A stretch of DNA of 64,000 bases from Pseudomonadota bacterium. Lineage in GTDB: Bacteria > Myxococcota_A > UBA9160 > JADFDR01. The translations under genes and the position numbers were made by a program. Below, piece by piece: positions 54,845-64,000 of the stretch (position 1 is its first letter; every line of letters starts with the position of its first letter). The stretch covers positions 45,760 to 109,759 of the forward strand of contig PIVT01000001.1 in the NCBI GenBank assembly GCA_003353845.1, in the 5' to 3' direction. Below the pieces are notes generated by a model. That model ran no database searches and was not told the origin of the DNA. It saw nothing but the letters and a program-made list of their open reading frames with translations.

Positions 54845-55590
54845 AGCTTCACCGCCAATTCTCCCATCAACTCGATCCCTGTTTCGCTGACGCGAGCTTG
54901 CAGCGCGAAAACTTCGACACCTTTCTCGTGGGCTTGTAGCAAAGCTTCTGCATAGGCCGGGTCGATATCGGCTGCCGGTTCCAGGTACAGGCAATCCGCG
55001 CGCTGTACCAGAAAGAGCAGGGCTGCACGATGGCCTTCTTGCACAAGCTGGCTCAGGCTGTGGACGTGTCGCGTGCCTCGGGTCGTGACGCAGTCTGGAA
55101 AACGGGCGACCGGTTTCCCCTGTATCTGCTCACACAAGGTCGCGCTTTTGACTTCGAGATACAGCGGACGTGGATCTTTCGGGTGCTCAGTTAACAGGAA
55201 ATCCAGACGAGATTTTTCGCCCGGTATGGAAACCTCGCGCCTGTGTTGCGCGTAACCAGACAAAGGCGCAAAGGCCTGTGCTCGCAGGACTTGCTCGACA
55301 AAGGCATTGGCCAGTTGTGGATTCACACCCACCCAGGTGTCAGCTTCGCGGATCATTTCCAAGGTGTGCCGCAACTTGCGCTTGGGGTTGTCGCTGGTGG
55401 AGCAGCGAACGGGAGCACCCGCGATGGCGGTGCTTTTCATGCGTCCGGGATCGGGACAATAAGCGGTGAGTTCCTCACCGTTTTCCATTTCGATGTCGAC
55501 AAAAAATCGCTTATAGCGACGGATGAAGCGCCCCTTGAGCGACGCTTGCAGGGGGAGTGACACGACGGCATGTGTAGCTGCCGGCTTCAC
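54841..55590 (-). CDS. sfsA: SfsA-family protein (sugar fermentation stimulation protein A homologue; predicted nuclease-like fold)
   Basis: GRFIRRYKRFFVDIEMENGEELTAYCPDPGRM and the CVTTRGTRHV region match SfsA. A GTG at 55590 would overlap the upstream stop (GTGA); an ATG at 55647 is the alternative. The 3' end overlaps the mutY start (ATGA). Confidence 0.75.
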   Translation of the reverse strand: MKPAATHAVVSLPLQASLKGRFIRRYKRFFVDIEMENGEELTAYCPDPGRMKSTAIAGAPVRCSTSDNPKRKLRHTLEMIREADTWVGVNPQLANAFVEQVLRAQAFAPLSGYAQHRREVSIPGEKSRLDFLLTEHPKDPRPLYLEVKSATLCEQIQGKPVARFPDCVTTRGTRHVHSLSQLVQEGHRAALLFLVQRADCLYLEPAADIDPAYAEALLQAHEKGVEVFALQARVSETGIELMGELAVKL

Positions 55591-56930
55591 GGCTCCGGAT
55601 ACAATTGGGAGAGGATGTTGTTCTTCAACCAACGGCGATCCCACCATTCCAAGGGGTTGACGTAGGTATCGCCAATGAGCAGGGCGAAGTGAAGATGGTC
55701 TCCTCCCGCCAAGCCCGTTGCACCCGAGAGCCCTATGGGGTCGCCTTGTTCCAGCACATCGTCTGGACGCACATCGATGCGCGACAGATGACTGTACAGT
55801 GAGGTGACTCCAAGGCCGTGGTCGATGAGCACGCAATTACCGTAAATCCCCATGGCGTCGGCAAAGATAACTTTTCCCTTGTTGGAGGCGGGAACCGGTG
55901 ACGCGGAAGTTGCGGCCAAGTCGTAGCCCATGTGCATGGCCTCCGAGACTTGCTTTGAATTGACAAAGTAGCGACGGTGCTCGGCAAACGTGCTCATGAC
56001 CTGGGAGCCTGGCCATTGACGAAAAGGACCTTCCCACAACGGCGTATCGGAGAAGATCAACTTGGAGCGAATGCTCGCTTCGTTCTGTGCTCGGATTTCT
56101 GAGTTGATTTTTTGGAAGGTCGCCACGGCATCGCTTTCCGATACACCTACTTGGTTGGCCAACTCGGGTACTTTGTTCTTGAGAAAAGAGTCGGGCAAAT
56201 TGATGGTGGCGGGGATAGGCGACCCGGCACGAACCTTGACGGGCCAACTGGCATAGCCGGTGTTACCGGCGGAATCCATGGCGGCCACTCGGATACTTAC
56301 TGTAGCGTCCTCGGTGATGGGAACCGCAAAGATGGCAACGCGATCTTTTGAGGCTCCGCCCGGTAAGGGCCCTCCCTTATAAAAGTGTTCCCCTACTTGA
56401 ACGCCATCCCGTTCAACAGCCTCCTCGATCTGATAACGAACCGCGCTGCTGCCACCTTGGGATACATAGGTGAGCCCGCTCAAGGCGCGTACCCGCGGAG
56501 GATCAAAATCGAACACAATGGGAATTTCCAATTTCTGGCGGTTGCCGGCAAAGGTTCGCCGCAGCGACGCATCATCGGCGATAACGCTGAGCGTGGCTTC
56601 ACCACTTTTTAGTTTGAGAGTGGCGGGGTCGATTTGAATCTCGACGCTGTGCTCTTTTTTAGCGCTGCCTTCCAGGAAGCTGGTAGGAAAACTTTCGTCA
56701 TGGAGCAGGACATCGTTACCGCCCTGGCTGAGGATGACGCTCACTCCTCTCAGTCCGGAGCGGCGATCTCGTAGATTGATGGAGAACTGTGTGCCCTTGG
56801 TTCCAATGGGAGCTGCAAAGGTGTGGGTGTCGATTTCGGGAGCGTGACCCTCGTAGCGCGACAGTGCAAAGTAGCCTCCTGCAACCAGCGCTAGAACGAT
56901 GAGAGCAAAAATAAAAGTACGTGCGGACAT
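55587..56930 (-). CDS. M23-family (LytM-type) metallopeptidase, membrane-anchored
   Basis: 447 aa. N-terminal TM segment FIFALIVLALVAGGYF, HxxxD in MHMGYD, and HxH in GGDHLHFAL. Confidence 0.85.
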   Translation of the reverse strand: MSARTFIFALIVLALVAGGYFALSRYEGHAPEIDTHTFAAPIGTKGTQFSINLRDRRSGLRGVSVILSQGGNDVLLHDESFPTSFLEGSAKKEHSVEIQIDPATLKLKSGEATLSVIADDASLRRTFAGNRQKLEIPIVFDFDPPRVRALSGLTYVSQGGSSAVRYQIEEAVERDGVQVGEHFYKGGPLPGGASKDRVAIFAVPITEDATVSIRVAAMDSAGNTGYASWPVKVRAGSPIPATINLPDSFLKNKVPELANQVGVSESDAVATFQKINSEIRAQNEASIRSKLIFSDTPLWEGPFRQWPGSQVMSTFAEHRRYFVNSKQVSEAMHMGYDLAATSASPVPASNKGKVIFADAMGIYGNCVLIDHGLGVTSLYSHLSRIDVRPDDVLEQGDPIGLSGATGLAGGDHLHFALLIGDTYVNPLEWWDRRWLKNNILSQLYPEP

Positions 56931-57008
56931 GTGGTGGACCCCGTGCCACCTTGGCGGTTGGTGGCTTTACGTAAATGGGTGGAGTGAAAAGCGAAAGTGC
57001 CGATCTCG

Positions 57009-58970
57009 CTAACGGGTTTCAGGCTGCTGCAATTTCGCAATGATGCTCGGATCCTCCAGGGTGGTCGTGTCGCCAACGACATCGACTCCTTCGGCGATAT
57101 TGCGAAGCAGGCGCCGCATGATCTTTCCCGATCGCGTTTTGGGTAGCGCGTTGCTAAACCGGATGTCGGCCGGCTTGGCAAAGGAACCGATCTCTTTGGC
57201 GACGTGCTTTCGCAGCGCATCTCGAAGGGAATTGTCGCCCTCCAGGCCGCCCTTTAACGTGACGAAGGCCACAACGGCAGTTCCTGTGATGGCATCAGGG
57301 CGACCGACCACGGCGGCCTCCGCAACCTTGGCATGGGACACGAGGGCGCTTTCCACTTCCATGGTGCCGATACGATGCCCCGAAACATTCATCACATCGT
57401 CAATGCGACCCATGATCCAGAAGTACCCCTGGCGATCGCGGTGAGCGCCGTCGCCCGCCAAGTAGAAGCCTTGTTTCTTGAATTTGTCCCAGTAGGTCTC
57501 GCGGAAGCGTTTCTTGTCTCCCCAAATGCCACGCAACATACCCGGCCAGGGTTTCTTGATGACGAGCAGCCCACCCGTTTTGCCAGAAACGCTCTCGCCT
57601 GCTTCGTTGACTGTGTCGGCGCAGATGCCTGGGAACGGCAGGGTGGCCGAGCCGGGCTTGGTATTCACAGAGCCGGGCAGGGAGGTGATCATGATCCCGC
57701 CCGTTTCGGTTTGCCACCAGGTGTCGACAATGGGGCAGCGCCCTCCGCCGATGACTTTCTGGTACCAGGTCCAGGCTTCGGGGTTGATGGGTTCGCCGAC
57801 GGTGCCCAGTAAGCGCAAGGACGACAAGTCGTGCTTTTTAATATGCTCATCGCCCCAGCGAATGAAGGTTCGGATAGCGGTGGGAGCCGTGTAGAAAATG
57901 GTGATGCGATGTCGTTCGATGATGTCCCAGAAGCGGTCTTCCGCGGGCGAGTTGGGTGCGCCCTCGTACATCACCGTCGTCGCGCCGTTGGCCAGGATGC
58001 CGTACACCACATAGGAGTGCCCGGTGACCCAGCCGATATCGGCCGTACACCAATAAATGTCATCGTCTTTCAAGTCAAAGACGTATTTGGAAGTCGTGGT
58101 GGCCTGGGTGAGGTAACCCCCGGTGGTGTGCAGAATGCCTTTGGGTTTTCCTGTGGTGCCGCTGGTATAAAGGATGAATAAAGGATCCTCGGCATCCATT
58201 TCGGCGGGCGGACAGTTTGCGCTGGCCTCGGCCATGAGATCATCCCACCACAAATCTCGTCCCACTTGCATGCTTACACGCTGCGCGGTTCGCTTGGCTA
58301 CGATGACGCGTTTCACGCCCGGCGCACTCTCGAGCGCTTCGTTGACGATGGACTTTAAGCCAAAGGGTTTTCCACGACGAAATCCTCCGTCGGCAGTCAC
58401 GATGATTTTTGCACCCGCGTCGTTCACGCGATCAGAAATAGAAGTGGCCGAGAAACCCCCGAAAATAATGCTGTGAATGGCGCCGATGCGCGTACAAGCC
58501 AACATGGCCACGGCGAGTTCGGGGATCATGGGCATATAAAGAACGACGCGATCGCCTTTCTTCACCCCTTGTTGTTTAAGCACATTACTGAACTTACAGA
58601 CTTCGCGGTGCAACTGGCCGTAGGTGATGGTGCGCGTGTCGCCGGGCTCGCCTTCCCAGATGATGGCTGCTTTGTTCTTGCGCCAACTGCCTTCGCCTTC
58701 GATGTGTCGATCGAGGCAATTGTGGGAGACATTGAGCTTGCCGCCGAGAAACCACTTGGCGTTCGGCGCCTTCCAATCGAGCACCTTCTTCCAAGGCTTC
58801 ATCCACGTAATGTTTTCTTTGGCCATCTTGGCCCAGAAGCGCTGAGGGCTTTTCTCACCCAGCTCGCGCATGGCCTTGGCCGTCGCTTTGTTCCAGTTTG
58901 CCTTTTTAGAAAATTCTGCGCTGGGTTTGAAGACGCGTTTTTCTTCGAGAATGGATTCGAGATCGGCCAT
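57009..58970 (-). CDS. acs: acetyl-CoA synthetase (AMP-forming)
   Basis: 653 aa. Motifs [56 protein letters not shown] and the C-terminal [12 protein letters not shown]. Confidence 0.95.
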   Translation of the reverse strand: MADLESILEEKRVFKPSAEFSKKANWNKATAKAMRELGEKSPQRFWAKMAKENITWMKPWKKVLDWKAPNAKWFLGGKLNVSHNCLDRHIEGEGSWRKNKAAIIWEGEPGDTRTITYGQLHREVCKFSNVLKQQGVKKGDRVVLYMPMIPELAVAMLACTRIGAIHSIIFGGFSATSISDRVNDAGAKIIVTADGGFRRGKPFGLKSIVNEALESAPGVKRVIVAKRTAQRVSMQVGRDLWWDDLMAEASANCPPAEMDAEDPLFILYTSGTTGKPKGILHTTGGYLTQATTTSKYVFDLKDDDIYWCTADIGWVTGHSYVVYGILANGATTVMYEGAPNSPAEDRFWDIIERHRITIFYTAPTAIRTFIRWGDEHIKKHDLSSLRLLGTVGEPINPEAWTWYQKVIGGGRCPIVDTWWQTETGGIMITSLPGSVNTKPGSATLPFPGICADTVNEAGESVSGKTGGLLVIKKPWPGMLRGIWGDKKRFRETYWDKFKKQGFYLAGDGAHRDRQGYFWIMGRIDDVMNVSGHRIGTMEVESALVSHAKVAEAAVVGRPDAITGTAVVAFVTLKGGLEGDNSLRDALRKHVAKEIGSFAKPADIRFSNALPKTRSGKIMRRLLRNIAEGVDVVGDTTTLEDPSIIAKLQQPETR

Positions 58971-58983
58971 GAGGGTTCCTTGC

Positions 58984-60279
58984 TTAGCTGTCGCGTACCC
59001 AGGCTTCGACTTCGTCGGTTTGCGTGGGGATGGCGCCAGTCAGGTTTTCGATTCCGTCGGGGGTGACAAGAAGGTCATCTTCAATTCGCACGCCGATGCC
59101 TCGGAAGTGTGGAGGCACTTCTTCCGCCATTGCCGGGATGTACAAGCCCGGCTCAACCGTGAAGACCATGCCCTCCTCAAGCTTCCTTGCTTCCCCGTTT
59201 ATTGTATAGGCACCGACATCGTGTACGTCGAGCCCCAACCAGTGGCTGGTCTTGTGCATGTAGTAAGGCTTGTAAGCTTCCTTCTCGATGAGTTCGGGGA
59301 TCGAACCCTTGAGGATGTTGAGCCCAACCAATCCGGAGACAAGTTGCTCAAGGGCAGCGCTGTGGATTTGTTCCAGGCCGCCACCGGGCTTGGCGGCCTG
59401 GATGGCGGCCTGCTGCGCGCGCAAAACAATTTCATAAAGATCGCGCTTGGCACCTTGGAAGCTACCGCCAATGGGGTAAGTCCGCGTGACGTCCGAGGCA
59501 TACCCCGCTAGCTCGCAACCGGCATCGATGAGCAGGAGGTCGCCGTCACACAAAGCTTGATCGTTATTGATGTAATGCAGAATGGTGGCGTTGGCGCCGC
59601 CCCCCACGATGGATTCATAGGCGGGGCCGGCAGCGCCGCGGCGCCTGAATTCATAATCGAGCTGAGCGCTCAGTTCGTACTCATAGGCGCCGCCCTTGGC
59701 CAGGCGGGCCGTTTGTCGGTGTGCCTCAAAGGTGATGGAAGCAGCGCGCCGCATGGTGTCCACTTCTTCCGCATCTTTAAACAGGCGCATTTCGTGCAAA
59801 ATGGCCCGCGGGTCCATTTGCGCTTCGGTGGGTCGTCCTCCTGCGCGGGAGCGCAGACGCTGTTGCTCGTTGATCTGTACCAAGTGCGCATCCACCGCCT
59901 TGTTTCGGCCGGGTACGTAGTACAGGGTTTTGGTAGCAGCGATGAGCTTGGGTAGCGCGTCTGAAAACTCGCCCATGGGATGAGCCTCATCCGCCCCAAA
60001 GTCACACTTGGCTCCGTCCACTCCAGGGCGATTGCCTGTCCAGATTTCCTCGGCCTCCACGCGCGGCTCTACAAAGAGCGTAAAGGCAGGCCCGCCGTCG
60101 GTTCGCAGTACCGCAATGGCATTGGGCTGGGTGAACCCTGTCAGGTAGAAAAAGTCGCTGTCCTGGCGAAAGGGATAGTGGGTGTCAGCAGATCGGGTGG
60201 CGAGTTTGGCGCCGAATAGGATGGCCACGGCATCGGGGGCCATGGCTTCGAGAAAGCGTTGTCGTCGTTGTAGGTGCAC
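58984..60279 (-). CDS. pepP: Xaa-Pro aminopeptidase (M24B)
   Basis: 431 aa. It has an AMP_N-type N-terminus. Metal-site motifs are [38 protein letters not shown] and GIGVRIEDD. Confidence 0.88.
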   Translation of the reverse strand: MHLQRRQRFLEAMAPDAVAILFGAKLATRSADTHYPFRQDSDFFYLTGFTQPNAIAVLRTDGGPAFTLFVEPRVEAEEIWTGNRPGVDGAKCDFGADEAHPMGEFSDALPKLIAATKTLYYVPGRNKAVDAHLVQINEQQRLRSRAGGRPTEAQMDPRAILHEMRLFKDAEEVDTMRRAASITFEAHRQTARLAKGGAYEYELSAQLDYEFRRRGAAGPAYESIVGGGANATILHYINNDQALCDGDLLLIDAGCELAGYASDVTRTYPIGGSFQGAKRDLYEIVLRAQQAAIQAAKPGGGLEQIHSAALEQLVSGLVGLNILKGSIPELIEKEAYKPYYMHKTSHWLGLDVHDVGAYTINGEARKLEEGMVFTVEPGLYIPAMAEEVPPHFRGIGVRIEDDLLVTPDGIENLTGAIPTQTDEVEAWVRDS

Positions 60280-60656
60280 GGAGAGTTGGTTGACCTCGAT
60301 TAGTTCCTTCTCATCATAAAGAAGAGAGAAGTGCTGTCATCAAGTGAAGGGTGAAAAACATACACACTCTCAAGGGATTCGTAGAGGTGCACCTTTTAGT
60401 TGCTGTGTGCAACAAATAGGTGCGAAGTAAGTAAAAATGTTTAAAAACAAAAGGTTAAACATGGTGTGTCGGCATAGTTACAGTGGGATAAAACCAGGTG
60501 CATTCATTTGATGCAACTTTTGAAGCAGGTCCAGCAGCACGCTACCTGGAAGGTAAAGTAAAACATTAACAAAACCAGTGACTTGAAATTTTATCTCCAA
60601 AGTAGAAGAAGTTGGCACGAGACGTGCTTTATATAGAACCAAAGCCAACGTTACAT

Positions 60657-60824
60657 GGGGTGTTTCAAGCCCAATCGCTTCACGCGAATGAAACACTCCG
60701 CCTCGGAAGCCCTGAGCCCCCAAAAAGCAGGCGCTTTCCCCCAAGAATGGCACCCCGCCTACTCTGGGTTTCTGAGGCACATATGGACCCCTTCGATCGA
60801 CGGATCGAAGGGGTCCTTTCTTTT
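60657..60824 (+). ncRNA. candidate small RNA / structured RNA ending in an intrinsic terminator
   Basis: There are three contiguous helices. H1 pairs 60657-60667 with 60689-60699. H2 pairs 60700-60716 with 60762-60778. H3 is a perfect 14-bp stem (60785-60798 with 60803-60816) followed by TTTCTTTT. The G-U pairs and the U-tract fit only the + strand. It is antisense in orientation to both flanking genes and has no credible ORF. I do not recognise the family. Confidence 0.4.
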
Positions 60825-60882
60825 GTGATCTTGAAAGTGAGTTCCTGAAATTTTGCTGTCGCAGAAGTGAATGCTGAGATGT

Positions 60883-62028
60883 TTATTGCAGGACAGCCAC
60901 CAGCTCTTCTCCGAACTCCCGGCCAAACCAAGCTTTGAGCTCTTCCACGCCTCGAACTTCTTCGAGGTCTTTGGGGTGAGCGATGGCGATGGCTTCCAAA
61001 CCGGAATTGGGGCAGAGAACACCTGGGTCGAGCTTTAATTCCTTGGCGCGTGTCCCGCGCCAGGTCTTGAGAAGGGTGAAGCGCTGGTCTGCGTCGCGGT
61101 CCATGCGTTTGCGCCCCGTGCCTTTGCTGCGGGGAATCGGACCGTGGGGAGTTTCTTGACCCGTGGCAATGGCGTCCAAAATGGCGTCACCCAGGTGGTT
61201 CGCCGTCTGCTCTCCGATCCCTTTCATCTGGCATAAGGATTTATAGTCTTTGGGGGGCTTGCTGCTCAGGTCCAATAGCGTGCGCGGGCTGATGACTTTA
61301 AAAGCGGGTCGATCCAGTTCAGACGCCCGCGCATCGCGCACAAGAAACAGTTCGCGCAGAATGGACAGCCCTATGGGGTCGAGTGAGCGGGCGCCTTTTA
61401 TCTTCAGATAGCCGAGCTCGTCGAAGGTACGTTCGGGCCACTCGCGTTGGGTCAAGGTGGCAAAATCTTCCTGAGCCCATTCCAGTCGATTGACTTCAAT
61501 CAGTTCTTTTTCGAGCATTTCCGCCATTTCTACCAGATAAAAAACATCGGTGGCCCCGTATTCGAGTTGCTGCTTTGTTAGCGGACGCCGAGACCAATCG
61601 GAGCGTTGTTCATCTTTGGGTAGCACGACGCCGAAGTAGTGCTTTACCAGCGCGGCCAGGCCTACCGAGGGGTATCCCAAGAGCTGTGCACTGATCATGG
61701 TGTCGAACAAGTTGTCAATCGTGATGCCACAGAAGCGCTTCAAGAGAAAAATGTCGTACTCACCCGCGTGAAACAGAATGCGAATATCAGGTGAGGTGAA
61801 AACGGGCTCCAGAGGCATGAGGCTGGACGGGCCCCCCATGGCCAAGGGGTCGATGAGGTAGGCGAAGTTGGGCTCGCTAGGAATCCCCACTTGAATCAGG
61901 CAGAGCTTTTCTACGTAGTGGAAAAAGCTATCGGCCTCGGTATCGAAGGCGACTATGGGTTCAGCAAGCAACTTTGGAATAAGCGCCTGCAGTTTTTGTT
62001 TATCGTCGATGATTTTATAATTAGCCAA
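60883..62028 (-). CDS. rnd: ribonuclease D
   Basis: 381 aa. The DEDDy exonuclease motifs are VAFDTEADSF, LFHAGEYDIFLL and YGATDVFYL. An HRDC-like C-terminal region follows. Confidence 0.85.
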   Translation of the reverse strand: MANYKIIDDKQKLQALIPKLLAEPIVAFDTEADSFFHYVEKLCLIQVGIPSEPNFAYLIDPLAMGGPSSLMPLEPVFTSPDIRILFHAGEYDIFLLKRFCGITIDNLFDTMISAQLLGYPSVGLAALVKHYFGVVLPKDEQRSDWSRRPLTKQQLEYGATDVFYLVEMAEMLEKELIEVNRLEWAQEDFATLTQREWPERTFDELGYLKIKGARSLDPIGLSILRELFLVRDARASELDRPAFKVISPRTLLDLSSKPPKDYKSLCQMKGIGEQTANHLGDAILDAIATGQETPHGPIPRSKGTGRKRMDRDADQRFTLLKTWRGTRAKELKLDPGVLCPNSGLEAIAIAHPKDLEEVRGVEELKAWFGREFGEELVAVLQ

Positions 62029-62111
62029 GAAGCAGTTCAGTCATAGTCCTGGGGTGAGGGAGATCTCAGACGAGAGTAGCCGAGGACGAATTTGGCACAA
62101 GCATCCGCAAG

Positions 62112-63329
62112 TTGCCTTGGTACCCTCTCGCCATGAACTCTTTACGTGTAGGCGTTGGGCTTGCCGCCGCGGAGAACACGCTGGAAGCGGGACTGGCTGC
62201 GGCTCGCTTGGCTCTGGCCAATGGCGGCTTCGACCGGGCCGATGCCGCAGTGTGCGCACTGATCCCCGCTGTGGACGATCGTCCGGGAGAGATCCTGAGC
62301 CAGATGGCTTTAGTTTTGGGCACAGAGGTGCTCCTGGGCCTGTGCGTCGAGCAACTCTTGGATGGGACGCAGGAAGTTCGAGAGGAAGGTTCCGTCTGCG
62401 TTTTCGTGCTCAATGGCGCTCGCGCGAGTTTGTTGTCCTATGCCGACTTCGTCGGTGAGGAGAGGGGCCTGGGTTCGGCACTGTTGGCGGGGTTGGATTG
62501 CCGCCGAGAGGCGGAGGGCAGGGGCAAGGGCAGGGAGAAGGACAGGCAGACGCTGGTGTTGCTCGGTTTCGACTGTTTGCGACTGTCGCCGCTCATGCTG
62601 CAAGAAGGACTTTCTAGTTGCACGCAATCCAGCTGCGTCGTCGGGCTCGGTGTTTCTCCCAGCGGGCGCGAGAACTGCGCTGTATGGGCAGGTTCAGAGC
62701 CCATGCCCGCCGGTGCCGCGGCCCTCGTGCTGGGGCTAGACGAAAAGCCTCGCACTGTGATCGCCCCTTCGTGGCGGCGTGAGGATGCCTGGCGGCGGGT
62801 GACCCAGGCTCAAGGAAACTGGGTATTGGAGATCGATGGCCAAAGTGCCTTGCCCTGTTACCGCAAGGCGGTTGGAGGTGCTTTGGGCGAGGACCTTTTG
62901 CGTGCCAGCGAATTTGTTTTCGTGGCTATTCCCCAGGCTGAAGGAGGCCAAGAGTCCCGGGAAGTGGAACGCGTCTTGGATGTCGTGGGCTTCGACCCAG
63001 AGCGAGGAGGCTTTGCCTTGCCGGAGCCTGTGCCCTCGGGATCCTTGATCTCTTTTGCCTTTCGAGACGGGAATCAGGCGAGAGCGGAATTGCAACACGC
63101 GCTGGAGTCCCTGGGCTCGCCAGCGCCAGGAGCCGTCCTTTACCTTGGCGACCGCAGCCGGGGCGAGGGCTTGTTCGGGGTCTCGGGCTTGGAATCGGGC
63201 TATTTAAGCCGCGCTTTTCCCGGTGTCCCCGTGGCTGGCTTGTCGGGCGTTCGCTTGCTGGCGCCCTGCGCGAACGGAGTGCAGTTGTGCAATCACTCGG
63301 CCCTGGCCATTGGCTTGCCGCCCGGCTGA
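62112..63329 (+). CDS. FIST-domain (FIST_N/FIST_C) putative sensory protein
   Basis: 405 aa. The overall pattern (N-terminal LRVGVGLAAAEN...AAVCALIP and C-terminal GAVLYLGDRSRGEGLFG...GLSGVRLLAP) resembles FIST proteins from memory. The ATG at 62133 (MNSLRV) is an alternative start. Confidence 0.4.
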   Translation: MPWYPLAMNSLRVGVGLAAAENTLEAGLAAARLALANGGFDRADAAVCALIPAVDDRPGEILSQMALVLGTEVLLGLCVEQLLDGTQEVREEGSVCVFVLNGARASLLSYADFVGEERGLGSALLAGLDCRREAEGRGKGREKDRQTLVLLGFDCLRLSPLMLQEGLSSCTQSSCVVGLGVSPSGRENCAVWAGSEPMPAGAAALVLGLDEKPRTVIAPSWRREDAWRRVTQAQGNWVLEIDGQSALPCYRKAVGGALGEDLLRASEFVFVAIPQAEGGQESREVERVLDVVGFDPERGGFALPEPVPSGSLISFAFRDGNQARAELQHALESLGSPAPGAVLYLGDRSRGEGLFGVSGLESGYLSRAFPGVPVAGLSGVRLLAPCANGVQLCNHSALAIGLPPG

Positions 63330-63393
63330 CGGTACTCTCGGCTTGGATTTGCTGCCGGTATAGCCGAGTAGCGGCTACCCAAGGGAGAACATA

Positions 63394-64000
63394 GTGCGCT
63401 GGTCCCAAGCTTTTGTTCCAACACTCCGCGACGATCCGGCCGACGCCGAGGCCTGGAGTCATAAATTGCTCGTTCGCGGTGGTTTCATTCGCCAGTTGGC
63501 TACGGGCATCTACGTCTTGCTGCCCCTGGCACATCGGACTTGCCAGAAAATCATTCACACGATCCGCCAAGAGATGGAGTTGATCGGCGGCCAGGAATTT
63601 ATGATGCCGGCGCTGCATCCCAAGGAGATCTGGGAAAAATCCGGGCGTTGGGAAACCATGGGGTCGGAGATGTTTCGCTTGCGTGATCGCAAAGAGGCAG
63701 ACCTGTGTCTGGGCATGACGCACGAAGAGATCTTCACCCACATCGGCGGAGAGTTGAAATCATACAAACAACTTCCGCAGATCTGGTTTCAGATTCAAAC
63801 CAAGTTCCGCGATGAGGCGCGGCCCAAATCAGGCATTTTACGCGTGCGCGAATTTCGCATGAAGGATGCTTATTCCTTTGACCTGGACCAGGCCGGTCTG
63901 GACCATGCTTTCGATCAGCACCACAAAGCTTATCGGCAAATTTTCAAACGCTGCGGCTTGGATCCCATGGCGGTGGAGGCGAGTTCGGGCGCCATGGGAG
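63394..64000 (+). CDS. proS: prolyl-tRNA synthetase (5' part, runs off the window)
   Basis: GTG at 63394 is preceded by GGGAG. The translation [45 protein letters not shown]...[25 protein letters not shown] is the class-II ProRS N-terminus (motifs 1 and 2). It is absent from the ORF track because it has no stop in the window. Confidence 0.92.
   Translation, partial: MRWSQAFVPTLRDDPADAEAWSHKLLVRGGFIRQLATGIYVLLPLAHRTCQKIIHTIRQEMELIGGQEFMMPALHPKEIWEKSGRWETMGSEMFRLRDRKEADLCLGMTHEEIFTHIGGELKSYKQLPQIWFQIQTKFRDEARPKSGILRVREFRMKDAYSFDLDQAGLDHAFDQHHKAYRQIFKRCGLDPMAVEASSGAMG

Noticed and set aside
60478-60848. ORFs 60478..60780 (-, 100 aa) and 60612..60848 (+, 78 aa) in the pepP/rnd spacer as protein-coding genes.
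   Set aside because: They have no RBS and odd composition. The + ORF reads straight through a 14-bp GC-rich terminator stem. The region is better explained as a structured RNA plus promoter DNA.
1-64000. CRISPR arrays, insertion sequences, toxin-antitoxin or recognisable defence systems.
   Set aside because: Scanning the intergenic regions and ORF translations showed no regularly spaced repeats, no transposase, integrase or recombinase motifs, and no defence-type gene pairs. The DinG-family helicase stands alone without nuclease or methylase partners.

Overview
This is a 64-kb stretch of a moderately GC-rich bacterial chromosome. It is a diderm-type genome (murA, pal, M23 peptidase are present) and almost fully coding: about 52 CDS and 1 tRNA. 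I saw no rRNA, CRISPR array, transposase, integrase or phage genes. All calls come from reading the ORF translations and the DNA by eye (motif recollection). No database search, alignment or folding program was run.

The housekeeping blocks are: murA-hisD-hisB-hisH-hisF (no hisA); the rpsU-dnaG-rpoD macromolecular-synthesis operon; cimA, rluD-like, sppA, thiI, pal and a DinG-family helicase; argD; cofG-cofH (FO synthase); dnaA; thiC; cbiX-metB-like; aroC; a co-directional minus-strand array pepP-acs-M23 peptidase-sfsA-mutY-smr; rnd; a FIST protein; and the 5' part of proS.

The stand-out is a tightly coupled 10-gene operon (27442-39730). It encodes a complete type-II fatty-acid-synthase-like elongation cycle with a non-canonical ACP, its own PPTase, a PlsC/LPLAT-type acyltransferase, and a 1868-aa eukaryote-style single-chain biotin carboxylase/BCCP/carboxyltransferase. 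There is no FabD and no thioesterase. I read it as a dedicated lipid assembly line and do not recognise it as a described system.

Other points worth a second look:
- The DnaA homologue lacks dnaN downstream. Its arginine-finger position reads His and its DnaA-box-recognition signature is divergent. It sits next to an 0.86-kb AT-rich region without canonical DnaA boxes.
- A three-hairpin, terminator-ended candidate sRNA lies in the pepP/rnd spacer.
- A 70-aa highly acidic protein carries a duplicated EEYDEL motif.
- sfsA-mutY-smr are linked by 4-nt overlaps.
- A zincin-like domain has its HExxH degraded to NEVGQ.
- The DinG helicase has an N-terminal extension that looks like a decayed DEDDh exonuclease.
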